DNA from: Octopus vulgaris
Lineage: Eukaryota
Length of the DNA: 64,000 bases
Assembly: GCA_951406725.2 (NCBI GenBank)
Contig: OX597817.1
Coordinates: forward strand, 15,686,001-15,750,000
Direction: 5' to 3'
Translations under genes and position numbers: made by a program
Shown: piece by piece, positions 11,780 to 24,823 of the stretch
How the letters are laid out: each line of letters begins with the position of its first letter
How positions within the stretch are numbered: the stretch's first letter is position 1
The notes under the pieces: generated by a model
What the model saw: only the letters and a program-made list of their open reading frames with translations
Database searches by the model: none
What the model was told of the DNA's origin: nothing

Positions 11780-12408
11780 ACAGATTCCCGTAACCGCTTG
11801 AAGGCTGAGCTCCCTTTGCGATGCGCGTATCGACTTCGCCGTCAATTTTTACAGATCTGGAGAGTGTGCTGCCATGGTTCATGAACTTTGTGTTTTTCAC
11901 TCGTCAGTGATAGCTGGTTCCACATACAGCTTTTGTGGAGTAGTGAACGTGAGGCCAAAGTTGTCGCAGGCAGTGGAAAAACAGCTTATGCTCTGCTATA
12001 TCTGAAACTCTGTGGCAGTTTTGAGAGCGCAGTCGTCTGCGACCAAGAATTCGAGCACTGATTCCTCTTCTACCTTCGTCTTGGCCTATAGTCTCCGCAA
12101 GTTGAAGAGTCTGCCCTCAGTCTCGAATCTGATCTTGACGATGGTTTCGTCGATGCTGCGGAAAGCATCCGTCAGCATGGCTGAGAACAGCTTACAAAAC
12201 AGCGTAGGTGCGAGTATACAGTCTTGCTTGACATCTTTAGAGACTGGAAATGCCAAACTTCCCCATGATTTTCCTAAGCCTCTCACGGTTGACGGTGTCA
12301 AAGGCCTTGGTTAAGTCTACAAACACCGTGTATAGATCCTGTTTTGTTCCTGACACTTCTGGAGTTGGCGTACTGCAAAGATCATTTCGACTGTCCCTCG
12401 GCCTTCTC
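11780..12408 (-). mobile_element. RTE (BovB-like) RT fragment
   Basis: VFVDLTKA, FPVSKDVKQDCILAPTLF, RFETEGRLFNLRRL. Confidence 0.85.
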
Positions 12409-13290
12409 TAAAGAAAAGCCTTCGACAGGGACCCCCACTCCCTTAACTGGTGGTCAATGCAGAAACTAGGGATAGATGAGTGGTTAGTAAGAGTTTTACA
12501 GACCATGTACAGAGGTGCTGTCAGTAAGGTGAGGGTTGGCAACGAGTATAGCAATGGATTCATGGAACAAGTAGGGGTTCACCAAGGATCAGTTCTCATT
12601 CCCCTCTTGTTCATTATAGTCCTTCAGGAAATCACAGGAATTTAAGTCGGCCTGTCCCTAGGAGCTCCTCTATATTGATGACCTAGTTCTTATAGCCAAA
12701 TCACCTCGAGAACTAGAGAAATCTCAGGTGTGGAAGCAAGATCTAGAACTAAAGGGCCTTGGAGTTAATTTAGCAGAAACTAAAGTCTTAGTAAGATGGA
12801 AAGCGGACAAATCACAAATCCCTTCGGGTAGATGGCTCTGATCGATATGCAGAAAAGGCGTAGGTAGAAACTCCATAAGATGTGCACGGTGCAAGCTATG
12901 GACACATAAGAGGAGCTGCAATATCAGGGAAAATAGTCTTTGTGTGTGACAGATGTACAAGTACAATAAACCCTAGAAATATACAGAAAATAGATTCCAT
13001 CAAATGCCAGAAGTGAAAACTGAAAGTAGTTGATAGCTTCCGTTATCCAGGTGACAAAGTCAGCCGCGGAGGTGGATGCTCTGAGAGTGTGGCCGCTAGA
13101 ATAAGAACAAGCTGGGCAAGTTCAGAGAGCTTCTACCTTTATGGTAACTAAGGGCCTCTCCCTCAGAGTGGAATGTAGATTTATGATGCCTGTGTGCGAA
13201 CAGCCATACTACATGGCAATGAAGCATGGGCTGTGATTGCTGAGGACATGCGTAGGCTTGAAAGAAATGAAGCTAGTATGCCTCGCTTTA
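12409..13290 (+). mobile_element. RTE-clade RT fragment from a different subfamily
   Basis: EKAFDR...MQKLGIDEWLVRV...GVHQGSVLIPLLFIIV, degenerate LLYIDDLVL. Confidence 0.85.
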
Positions 13291-13904
13291 TGTTGGCTTT
13301 ATCCTAGAGGGTGGTGGGCTAAAGTATGAGAAAGTGGAGCCAGAGGAGATTTTTGTTGTAGAGGACACATGGTTTTTTTTATATTTAGAAGAGAGTGTGA
13401 GAATGATCAGTTGGAGGTGCAATGAGATAAATAGTGGCGATAAGGTGTCCAGGTGGCCCTTCAAAGTACGATGTGAGTAAAAGGAAGTGGGAACAAAGGA
13501 ACTAGGAGCAAGAGTAGGTGGAAGTTTGGTAGAACAAGAGACAGAGTACAGGGGATGGGAGGTAGGCAACAACTGTAAAGGTTGGGTAAGATTGAAGGGT
13601 AGACGTAGGGAGTGATGAACCTATGGATAGAAATGGCTTGGTCTGGCCAATGATGCATGAGTCAAGGAGAGTAGAGAGATGCAGGAGAGAGCAGTGGTGA
13701 GTAAGCAACAGGAGAGTAATTATGGTATAGTTGACAGAGGGAGGACAAGAGAGAGATGACATATGGTTGGGTTGGCTGTAGGAATAGGGTTGGGAAGAGC
13801 AAGTGTTTGGTGTCTCAATGATCACCCTCAGATTCGGTTGTTATTTGCCTCATAAAATTTTATACTTCACTAATTTTTCAGAATTAGATTCGCTTCATTG
13901 AGAT

Positions 13905-14550
13905 CTCTTTTACTTGTTTCAGTCATTTGACTGCGGCCATGCTGGAGCACCGCCTTTTAGTCGTGCAAATCGACCCCGGGACTTATTCTTTGTAAGCCCA
14001 GTACTTATTCTATCGGTCTCTTTTGCTGAACCACTCAGTGATGGGGACGTAAACACACCAGCATCGGTTGTCAAGCAATGCTAGGGGGACAAACACACAC
14101 ATAAACACACACACATACACATATATACACATATATACATACATATATATATATATATACATATATACGACAGGCTTCTTTCAGTTTCCGTCTACCAAAT
14201 CCACTCACAAGGCATTGGTCGGCCCGGGGCTATAGCAGAAGACACTTGCTCAAGATGCCACGCAGTGGGACTGAACCCGGAACCATGTGGTTGGTTAGCA
14301 AGCTACTTACCACACAGCCACTCCTGCGCCTATATATATCTTTACTCTTTACTTGTTTCAGTCATTTGACTGCGGCCATGCTGGAGCACCGCCTTTAGTC
14401 GAGCAAATCGACCCCGGGACTTATTCTTTGTAAGCCCAGTACTTATTCTATCGGTCTCTTTTGCCGAACCGCTAAGTGACGGGGACGTAAACACACCAGC
14501 ATCGGTTGTCAAGCAATGCCAGGGGGACAGATGCACAGACACACACAGAT

Positions 14551-14598
<48 letters not shown>

Positions 14599-14762
14599 GA
14601 CGGGCTTCTTTCAGTTTCCGTCTACCAAATCCACTCACAAGGCTTTGGTCGGCCCGAGGCTATAGCAGAAGACACTTGCCCAAGGTGCCACACAGTGGGA
14701 CTGAACCCGGAACCATGTGGTTTGTAAACAAGCTACTTACCACACAGCCACTCCTGCGCCTA
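13905..14762 (-). mobile_element. Two tandem copies of SINE family A (13905-14332, 14341-14762)
   Basis: Reverse complement of 2078-2490, twice. Confidence 0.9.
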
Positions 14763-15431
14763 TATATATCTGTATATTATTATTATTATTTTTTTTTATT
14801 ACGATATAGATGTTTAAAGATGGCACCAGATATTACTCTTATTCCAGTTTTGTCACTTTTTGTCTCATTACATTTTTGTACAGCATCAATTCTGGCGTGG
14901 TTTCCAGAATTAGCTTCTTTTTATCGAGATCTTTCATTTAAGCTTAATTAATAAAACTTATTAAAGAAAGAAGAAAACTATACCATTTAGAAATTGAATC
15001 AAGTCATTATTCATCGATTTCTAAACACTTTTGTGCTGGGCTACTTTCTTTTTATACCCAGTCTTTCTCTCAACACATAAGCTTAACATTTGTAGATGGA
15101 AGGAAAGAATATTTGTGGAGAGAGACTTCTAGAAGAAAGTAACTCAGAAAGAAATATCAGCAACATGTTTAATATACAGGGTCTCTGATAGGAACTATAA
15201 TTGGAGTTGTGAGTAAAAAGGAGGTAGCTGCAACAAGTGGATATAATCAGTGGCAGATCTACCACAAAACTAAGGAAGCTTAAGCTTCAGGGTCCCTAAT
15301 CCCAGAGCAAATTTAGTGATTTCAAAGAATACAGTAACCTGGCAAACTGGTCCGTAACAATTGATAATGATTTCATACAAAACTGTTCAATGCAAGACAT
15401 ACATTTTTTTTTTTTCAAAATAAAAACTAGA

Positions 15432-15858
15432 TAGGCGCAGGAGTGGCTGTTTGGTAAGTAGCTTGCTAACCAACCACATGGTTCCGGGTTCAGTCCCACT
15501 GCGTGGCATCTTGGGCAAGTGTCTTCTGCTATAGCCCCGGGCCGACCAATGCCTTGTGAGTGGATTTGGTAGACGGAAACTGAAAGAAGCCTGTCGTATA
15601 TATGTATATATATATATAAGTGTGTGTGAATATGTTTGTGTGTCTGTGTTTGTTCCCCTAGCATTGCTTGACAACCGATGCTGGTGTGTTTACGTCCCCG
15701 TCACTTAGCGGTTCGGCAAAAGAGACCGATAGAATAAGTACTGGGCTTACAAAAGAATAAGTCCCGGGGTCGAGTTGCTCGATTAAAGGCGGTGCTCCAG
15801 CATGGCCGCAGTCAAATGACTGAAACAAGTAAAAGAGTAAAAGAGTAAAGAGTAAAGA
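15432..15858 (+). mobile_element. SINE family A inside the hAT element
   Basis: Identity to other copies. Confidence 0.9.
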
Positions 15859-16062
15859 GATAGTGTATATACTGAATCCAACAAGATTTACAAACAGCAA
15901 AATCGAAGTTTCTCAAAGAAGTACATTGAAAAAAAGATTGAAAAATGGTCAGACTGTGATGAGATCCTGGTTAGTTTACTGAAAGAGCAAACTCTTTTCT
16001 AAATGCAAAATGTCACATACAACGGGTGGGTTTTCTGATAGGATGAATATACTCAGAACTCT

Positions 16063-16454
16063 TGTGGAGGCGCAATGGCCCAGTGCTTAGGGCAGCAGAC
16101 TCGCGGTCATAGGATCGCGGTTTCGATTCCCAGACCGGGCGTTGTGAGTGTTTATTGAGCGAAAACACCTAAAAGCTCCACGAGGCTCCGGCAGGGGATG
16201 GTGGTGATCCCTGCTGTACTCTTTCACCACAACTTTCTCTCACCCTTACTTCCTGTTTCTGTTGTACCTGTATTTCAAAGGACCGGCCTTGTCACTCTCT
16301 GTGTCACGCTGAATATCCCCGAGAACTACGTTAAGGGTACACGTGTCTGTGGAGTGCTCAGCCACTTACACGTTAATTTCATGAGCAGGCTGTTCCGTTG
16401 ATTCAGATCAACTGGAACCCTCGTCGTCGTAACCGACGGAGTGCTAAGAAGAAG
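16063..16454 (+). mobile_element. tRNA-derived SINE family C
   Basis: A-box TGGCCCAGTGCTTAG, B-box GGTTTCGATTCCC; TSD ACTCAGAACTCT (16051-16062 / 16455-16466). Confidence 0.92.
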
Positions 16455-17178
16455 ACTCAGAACTCTAGAAAATCATGAAGACAGCATGGCACATAAGAGG
16501 GTGATGCTGAGCTGGCTAACACGAAAGTCAAATAAAAACACTGTGGATCAGCAACTTGAGGAACAATTGAGAAAAAACATGCAGTACTATTTTGAAGTAC
16601 TAAAGAGAGTTGTAGCAGTTATAAAGTTTTTAAGTGAAAGAGGTTTAGAATTTAGAGGTCATGAGGAAAAGCGGGACTCCCCAAACAATGGAAATTCCAT
16701 GGGGGCCCTTGAGCTTATTGCAGAGTGAGACCCATTTTTACATGAACATTTAGAGAAATGTAAAAATGAAAAAGTAAACATTACTTACCAATCCAAATCT
16801 GTGAATGAAAAATTGATACAAATTGATACAAATCATGGGAAAACATGTAAAAAATTGAAGTGGTGAATCAGATCAATAACCTCGACACCAAATACTACTC
16901 AATTATAGTTGACTCTTCACCTTATGTGACACATGTTGACCAGCTGATAATTGTGGTTTGATATTGTTATAATGGAAAGCCCTATGAGAGATTTTGAGCA
17001 TTTTTTCTAATAGAAAACCATTCATTCACGAGCTTGTTCAAAAAAATAACACAACTTCTTGGGGAGCATAAGCTTTCACTTGAAAATATCCGTGGTCAGT
17101 TGAACAATAATGCTTCCAACATGAAGGGCTTGGAGAAAAAGCTGCAAGCACTTCTTAAAAACATTAACAGGTATGCAG

Positions 17179-17405
17179 CGGTGAGCTGGCAGAAATGTTA
17201 GCACGCCGGGCGAAATGGTTAGCGGTATTTCGTCTGCATTACGTTGTGAGTTCAAATTCCGCTGAGGTCGACTTTGCCTTTCATCCTTTCGGGGTCGATA
17301 AATTAAGTACCAGTTACGCACTGGGGTCGATGTAATCGACTTAATACCTATGTCTGTCCTTGTTTGTCCCCTATGTGTTTAGCCCCTTGTGGGTAATAAA
17401 GAAAT
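17179..17405 (+). mobile_element. SINE family B inside the hAT transposase
   Basis: TSD AGGTATGCAG (17169-17178 / 17406-17415); removing it restores LKNINRYADYVPC. Confidence 0.92.
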
Positions 17406-18979
17406 AGGTATGCAGACTATGTACCATGTGGAAACCATTCACTCAACCTTGTTTGGTAAAAGGCGGTGTTTACGGCACCTGAAGTTGTTGACTATTTTGT
17501 CATCTTGCAGCATCTGTATGCTTTCATTTCTGAATCTCCTTGAAGAAGTGGGATTTAGGACACACAGGGTAATCTAGCCTTTTCTCTAAAGAGCTTAAGT
17601 GTAACTAGATGGTCTGCACACTATGAAGTAGTATGGACAATTAAAAATGGATCTAGGTATATTTTACAAACTCTCAAACATACCTTTGAAGACACAGAAG
17701 ATAAGCCTGAATGTAAGCGAGATGCAAAGTTGGTAAAATTGGAATATGCTAGTTTAACAGACGTTTGGGAAGAAGTTATGGAGCGTTTTAACTAAACAAG
17801 TAAGAAACTCCAAACCCTTGGTTCTGATGTATTTGAAGGTAACCTTCTGCTGGCATCTTTGCTTTCATTTGTTAAAGAACTACAAGAAAATTCAGCTGAC
17901 AGGATTGCACACCTCAGATTATTCTGATGTTTCCAAACGCATTGTTACAAAGAAATTTGCAGATGGAACAAGTGATAGGGCTTCTTTGAAAGGGACTGAA
18001 AAAGTTGGGATAGTTCTAAATCAGGTCTATGACTGCTTGATAATCCAATTAAGCAAGAGGATGGATCCATCTGAGCAGATTGCAAAATGGTTCAAGTTTC
18101 TCTCAGAATTGATGAATAATTCAGAATTTGACGAGAACAGCATCAAACTTATAATATCGCATTACAAAGACGATATTGACCACAAATTAATAAATGAATC
18201 TTATCAGTTAGGAAATCTTGGAACACAGAAGAAAACTCACCATCTAAAATGCAATGCACGGAAGTTTTTCAGCTTATTTATAAGGGTCCCCTAATATTAC
18301 CACTGCACATAAGCTGTACTTGACATTGCCCATCACGAGCTGTGAAGCAGAAAGGACTTCCCCAAAGCTTTCCTTTGTTAAGAATAAATTTCGGTTTTCC
18401 ATGACTGAAGAGAGCTTAAATTCCTTGTGCATATTGTCTCTAGAAAATGACATTGCAAAGAAGCTGTCATATGACAAAACTGCAACAAAAAAAACAGAAA
18501 AAAAGAGTATTTTGTAATTTTCATATGTATTTTAATGATGCATTGTGCATGTATATAACGCTTCCCTAATTTTCAACCCCCATTACTCTAAAAATATAAA
18601 GGATTGCCTGGAAAATATTTGTAGTGATCTGCCATGGAACAACCACATCGACAAAGATATTGGTGATTACCCACACCTCATTTCTGGTGGATAGGGGGCT
18701 CACTTTCAGACTCATTTTAAAGGACTCCACATCACAGCTCCACCACTTAGGCTATCAGGGCCTGAAGCTGGAGTTCTTTGCAAGGGAACGAAAATTCTTT
18801 GACCCTTGTTGGATGTTACCCTACTGTTGCTGGATGTAAAGCCCCCCTCCCCCCACTAACATTTTATGCTTCAGGGCCCCAATATTGTAGATCTGCCACT
18901 GGATGTAATAGAGCAAGACACTGAGGTGACACATATGTAGGGAAAAATCTATTACAGTAGTAGTGGATAAAACATACAA

Positions 18980-19020
<41 letters not shown>

Positions 19021-19176
19021 AACTTGGAGAAGACTCTATGCTTGGAGGATATTATTGATGGTAATATCAATTTTACAGAAGTCATCAAAATAAAAGCCAT
19101 CAGAGGTATATAATATTCTTAACCTCAACTTTTACCCAGTCATGAATGGGTAAAAGCTGATCTGAAGTATGATTAA

Positions 19177-19395
19177 CCCTTTAGTGTTTAAACTGGCCAT
19201 ATCTGGCCCAGATATTCTACATGTTTTATATTCAAACTGGCAATATCTGGCCTCTCACACCTACCCGACAATGTCACTCTAAATATAAACAATTACATTA
19301 TTGAAACCTCAAAGATATAAGATAATGCATGATTAATTCAAAACATTTGAGTGGAAAAGTATTACATTTAACAGAGTAATCTGAACACTAAAGGG
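19177..19395. mobile_element. piggyBac-type MITE
   Basis: TTAA|CCCTTTAGTGTT ... AACACTAAAGGG|TTAA. Confidence 0.85.
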
Positions 19396-20057
19396 TTAAG
19401 TTCTTTGAAAAAGACAAGTACCAGGCTATAGTTTAAGCTCCCCCACCTCCTTGTCATTATTTTCATCATCAATGCCATCGTTGCCAATGTCATCATCACC
19501 ATTGTCGTTGTCATCGTCGTCATCGTGGCTACCATCATCATCATCATCATCATCATTATTTAGCATCCATATTCTATGCTAGTGAGATCACCATGCGCCT
19601 TGTAAGACCAGAAACCACAATATAGGGGTAGCTTTATGCAAGGAAATGAAGGGTTAAAGCATGAAAGAAGGGACCAGAATGATGTAACAGGTTTCTTGCT
19701 GTAGAGAGAGACCACATGGTTGTCCCCATTTTGAGAAAGAGAGGTGGGATTATTGGGGTGGGGCTGTGAAGAGATAAAGATTGATGATGAGTTGACTGAG
19801 TCAACCCTCAAAGTACAAGGCATGTAAAAGTGAATGAGGGAAAAAGAACAAGGTGTACAGGTGGATTGAGATTGTAAGAATGCGTGGGTGGTGGTGGTGA
19901 GGGGCTATAATGATGGAAAAACAAGTGTTGTGCAGACGTCATGTAGGAGAGGTGGGAAGAGTAGATAACAACTTTAGAGATTGGTCAGCTAGAGTTGAGA
20001 AGTATAGCTGGTGGATAAGGAGTGGGGTTGGTCAGTGATGCATGAAGAAGAGTAAAG

Positions 20058-20158
20058 TATCATCATCATCACCACTATCGTCATCATCATCATCCTCCTC
20101 CTCATCATCATCATCATCGTCGTCATCATCATCATCATCATCGTCATCATCCTCATCG

Positions 20159-20241
<83 letters not shown>

Positions 20242-20255
20242 TTCATCAGCATCAT
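20058..20255. repeat. (CAT)n microsatellite
   Basis: Seen directly; similar (GAT)n tract at 37810-37938. Confidence 0.97.
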
Positions 20256-20465
20256 TTAACATCTGTTCTTCATGCTGGTATGGGTTGGAGAGTTTGACAG
20301 GAGCTGACCAGCTGGAGAGCTGTCCAGACACCAAATTGTCTGCTGGGGCATGGTTTCTACAGCTGGATTCCTTTTCTAATGCCAACTACCTAACATAGTG
20401 TACTGCATGCTTTTTACATGCCACCAGAATAATAATGATAAATCAGTAGACAAGGAAAGTATAAG

Positions 20466-20512
<47 letters not shown>

Positions 20513-21417
20513 AGAGAGATACAATGTATGGTTGGGAGGTTGTGAAAGTGTGGAGAGAGAGGAAGGTGGTGTAGTGCATGGGGAGAGTGAGAGATGTATA
20601 GTTGGGAAGGAGGAGAGTTAATTTGGTGGTTAAAGATGAGGGCACAATGTAAAATGTTGGTGGAGAGTATTAAAGATGAGGGATGTATATCAAGTGAAAT
20701 GGTTCCAGTTAATGAGAAAGATCAAAGATATCAAGGAAACGCTGCCGTTAGAGAAACTCATTTTGCTAGTCATTTCGTCCCTTGTTAACCCTTTGAATGG
20801 AGACAACTTGGGGAGACTGGAAAGAAATGAAGCACACATGATCCATCTGATGTGCAACAGAAAAACGTATATTGATTTGAGATACATGTAGTTGTATACT
20901 GACAGTTTAGAAAACAACACTTTTCAATTAATCTACCTCTAACTTCATTTTGCACCTTATACATGAATTAATATTATTATTATATCATTCATTAACGTTT
21001 TCCATCACATCTTGGCCTTTACATACTATCATCAGTTAATTCTAATTATTGCTTTTCCTTGTTGATTCTGTTTAGATTGATATGAGTCATATCAAAGTTC
21101 ATTATCTATTGTTGTTATTGACGTCACTGAAGGGTGATAGTATTTTATACTAACTGAAATTTTCTTAGATATAAATATTTCCTTATGATATTAATTATGA
21201 TAGTTCCTGTAAATATTTGTTAAAAAGATTTCCTTCTTTCATTTAGGCCAAATGATTCACTCAATCTTATAATTTTATTTGTAGTCACTTGTTTTATAAT
21301 ATATATATTGTGATTTTCAATGATAAGAATATGACACTATAAAGATATGACTTATTTTGAATTGTTTTCCTTGAATATCCTATCTTAATATAATTATATC
21401 TATTATTTATTTAACAG

Positions 21418-22344
21418 GGTCCTCAGACAAAATTAATAAATGACTTGAATATAACATTCACAACACCAAGCATCATTCAAAATTCTACAGAAATATCTTC
21501 AATTCAGGAAGACATTTTCTCTTTTAAAAAGGAACTTCCAAAGAATACTATGAACCTTTCCAATGAAATCTCAGTATTGACTGCATATTTCAATTTAGGA
21601 TCCTTTGCAAAAGGCAGTCATGGACTGCAGTTTACCCCAAATATCTATTACAAATGGATGTCTATATTTGGCAACTTGACTAACAATTTAATTGTTTATA
21701 CAGATGATAAAATTGCATACAAATATTTCCAAAAATTAAGGGAAAAGTTTCCTAAAGAGCGAACCAAAATATTTCTGATAAACAAGAAGGAATTGTGGTC
21801 ATTTCAGATAGAAAAAACTATTTCTCAAATATATAAACAGCCTGGTTATCCAAAGCATCTTCCCAACACTGTTGTGCCTGGATATTCTTGTGCCATGCAT
21901 GCAAAAATTGAACTTCTTAATCGAGTTATAAGAAAGAACTATTTTCATACTAAATACTTTATGTGGCTAGACATTGGAATATTCAGACATCACTCGGATA
22001 TTAAATTTAAAATGGTAATACCTAAAAGTTTTGATGATACTAAGGTTGCATACAGCAATGTAAATAAATTTAATCAGCAAGTAACCTATAAAGACATTAT
22101 TTATAATAATATGGTATGGTTAGCTGGTGGTTGCAATCTTGGTAAATATGATGTTTTGTATAAATTTACTCAAGAGTATTTGAACTTCGTTAACAATTCC
22201 TTGTCCATAAAACTAATAAGTACAGATCAACAGATCATATATGGAATGTATGTGGACAAACATAAACCAGAAACAAAGCTTCAAATTTATTATTCAGGTT
22301 GGTTTAAATTATCTGATCTAAGTTATACAGCAGGAAAGAACTGA
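21418..22344 (+). CDS. Large terminal exon encoding an HtrL/YibB-family (putative glycosyltransferase-like) domain
   Basis: Uninterrupted 308-codon frame after acceptor TTTATTTAACAG (phase 0). Motifs LTAYFNLG, NNLIVYTD, Y...MHAK, NYFHTKYFMWLDIG, LAGG, DQQI. AATAAA at ~22359 and ~22483. Family assignment from motif recall, not a database search. Confidence 0.75.
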   Translation, partial: GPQTKLINDLNITFTTPSIIQNSTEISSIQEDIFSFKKELPKNTMNLSNEISVLTAYFNLGSFAKGSHGLQFTPNIYYKWMSIFGNLTNNLIVYTDDKIAYKYFQKLREKFPKERTKIFLINKKELWSFQIEKTISQIYKQPGYPKHLPNTVVPGYSCAMHAKIELLNRVIRKNYFHTKYFMWLDIGIFRHHSDIKFKMVIPKSFDDTKVAYSNVNKFNQQVTYKDIIYNNMVWLAGGCNLGKYDVLYKFTQEYLNFVNNSLSIKLISTDQQIIYGMYVDKHKPETKLQIYYSGWFKLSDLSYTAGKN

Positions 22345-22533
22345 TTTGTTTAAATATAAATAAATATGAATGGCGGTAAAGGTTTGTATGTTGAAACATC
22401 ATTTTATTTATCCACAATTCATCTTGTTATGAATGATTGCATGAAACAAGCATAAATCATGAACAAATTGTTTTGTTCATCAATAAATAACACATCTGAA
22501 ACAGCTGTAATGAACCTCAGCCCATCTGTGATA

Positions 22534-23023
22534 TCTATATATATAAAACTGTAGTTGTGTGAGTGTCTGTCCCCTTCGATTTAGATTCCTAACTACTCCC
22601 ACATTTTGCGGTGCAATTTAACCAAATTCGGGTATCTTATAGTCGTGATTCATATCGAGCCCTTCTGGGTATTAGCGCGCGTCTACGAAGAGACTACGAT
22701 TTTAAAAATAATTTAACATCATTTTTTATTCCATTTTAATGCATAATTTTTCGTGTGTCGATGGCGGCGGAGTTGGCGTCCATGGTCACACCTGCACCTG
22801 TTGCTTCTCCCCCTTCTTGCCGCCCTCGTGAAGCTGTGGGGAAGGGAGTGTAAGGAAATCAACGTCGTAAAGCGTTGTCAAGGAGACCAGCGTTCTTTTG
22901 AAGACACCAAAACAGAAATGGCTAAGAAAGCCCGAATTGGCATCTATAAGGGAAGTAACTCTCTAAAAATGCTTATATAGTTATTTCCCTTACAAACCCG
23001 AGCAACGCCGGGTGATACTGCTA

Positions 23024-23024
<1 letters not shown>
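22534..23024 (+). mobile_element. Non-autonomous Helitron
   Basis: 5' A|TCTATATATATAAAAC; 3' CCCGAGCAACGCCGGG hairpin followed by CTAG|T. Confidence 0.85.
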
Positions 23025-23083
<59 letters not shown>

Positions 23084-23204
23084 GAGGGCATTAATACACA
23101 TTAATGCCACATGCTAGGAGGGACCTTCAAAGTCAATACTACCAAAATTAAACGGATCGTACCCAATGCATTTCTCAAAGCAAGACATTTAGAAAAAGAA
23201 TTTA

Positions 23205-23268
23205 GTTCCAGATCACCTGTGATTTCGCAATTAGCGTATTTTCTACGTCTTTCGTTCATCAGTGAAAC
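23205..23268 (-). ncRNA. Type I hammerhead ribozyme motif
   Basis: guuuca-CUGAUGA-stem II-GAAA-ucac ag guga-UC^-uggaac: intact core, 6-bp stem I, 5-bp stem III. Confidence 0.75.
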
Positions 23269-23482
23269 ATATTCAAAACATATCATAAATAAACAAAACC
23301 GACCTACCAGGCGGAACCAAACAGACAACCGTTGAGTCCATCGTAGCACGTGAAAATGTTAATTCATCATATATTTATGTAAATGGCTGGCTTTTTCGAA
23401 ATGCATTTCGGGTAGAAACGTGTTTCATTGGAACAAATTTAACAATTAAGATTTTAATTTTCAAGATTTTATCCTTAATTGT

Positions 23483-23484
<2 letters not shown>

Positions 23485-23536
<52 letters not shown>

Positions 23537-23719
23537 CTCACACACATGCACATACACACACACATACACACACACCACACACACATACACACTCACACAC
23601 ACATGCACATACACACACACAGACACACACACACACATACAGACACACACACATACAGACACACACACATACAGACACACCACACACACACACTCACACA
23701 CACACAGACACACACACAG

Positions 23720-23752
<33 letters not shown>

Positions 23753-23763
23753 GAGAGAGAGAG
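23485..23763. repeat. Compound (TA)n/(CA)n microsatellite
   Basis: Seen directly. Confidence 0.95.
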
Positions 23764-24325
23764 ATATTGCATTTACATATATATATCTATATATATGCAT
23801 GTTTATGTATGGATGGATAGATAGATTCTTTTATTCTATTACTTGCTTCAGCCATTAAACCGTGGCCATGCTGGGGCACTGCTCTGAAGATTTTAGTCAA
23901 ACAAATCAACCCCAATACTTTTTAAGCTTGGTGCTTATTCTATCAATTTCTTTTTGGTGAACCACTAAGTTACAGAGATGTAAACAAAACCAACACCAGT
24001 TGAGAAGTGGTGGTGGGACAAACACAGACACAGTCACACACACACACACATACACACACATATTGGGGTCTGGACAGTCCCCTGCTAGCCAGCTCCATGT
24101 CAAACCATCCAAACCATGCCAGCATGGAAAGCTGGCATTAAACGTTTAATGATGATGATGATGATGATATGATAGGCTTTCAATTTCTATCCTCGTACAA
24201 GAATTTGGTCATCCTAGGACAAGGCTTTTGGTCAGCCCTGAACTTGAGTATCTATCTCCTGCTATAGCCCTAAGTCAAAGGAAGCCTTCTAAATGGATTT
24301 GCTAGACAAAAGCTAAAAGCAGCCT

Positions 24326-24374
<49 letters not shown>

Positions 24375-24763
24375 TTGTGTGTGTATGTGTGTGTGTGTGT
24401 GTGGGGGGGGTTATATTTGTTTTAGTCATTGGACAGTAGCCATGCTGGGCCACCACTTTGAAAAAGTTTTAGTCGAATGAATCAACCCCAGTAATATTTT
24501 TAAGCACGATAATTATTTTATTGGTATCTTTTGCCAAACTGCTATGTTGCAGGGATATACATAGACTAATACCAGCTGTCAAGTGGCGTTCGAGAGACAA
24601 GCACAAACACAAAGACTCACACATATATGATGGTCTTCTTCAGTCTCTGTCTACCAAATCCACTTATAAGGCTTTGATCACTACCTGTGTCTGTAGCAGA
24701 AGACACTTGTTTTAGGTACCAAGCAGTGGGACTGAACCAGGAACCATGTGGTTGGAAAGCAAG

Positions 24764-24819
<56 letters not shown>

Positions 24820-24823
<4 letters not shown>

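Larger units (their letters stand above)
15248..18901 (+). mobile_element. hAT DNA transposon (ZMYM1/TTF-type transposase pseudogene) interrupted by three SINEs
   Basis: TIR CAGTGGCAGATCTAC at both ends; 8-bp TSD GATATAAT/GATGTAAT; FLSERGLEFRGHEE, YSIIVDS, YVPCGNHSLNL (CxxH), TLPITSCEAERT dimerisation motif. Confidence 0.92.

Noticed and set aside
11780-13290. Twin-priming inversion of one RTE element
   Set aside because: The two opposed fragments overlap in the same RT motif and have different sequences, so they are separate subfamilies.
13290-13830. Purine-rich segment related to 19580-20050 and 20520-20680
   Set aside because: Probably an old LINE remnant, but no diagnostic motif survives to support a call.
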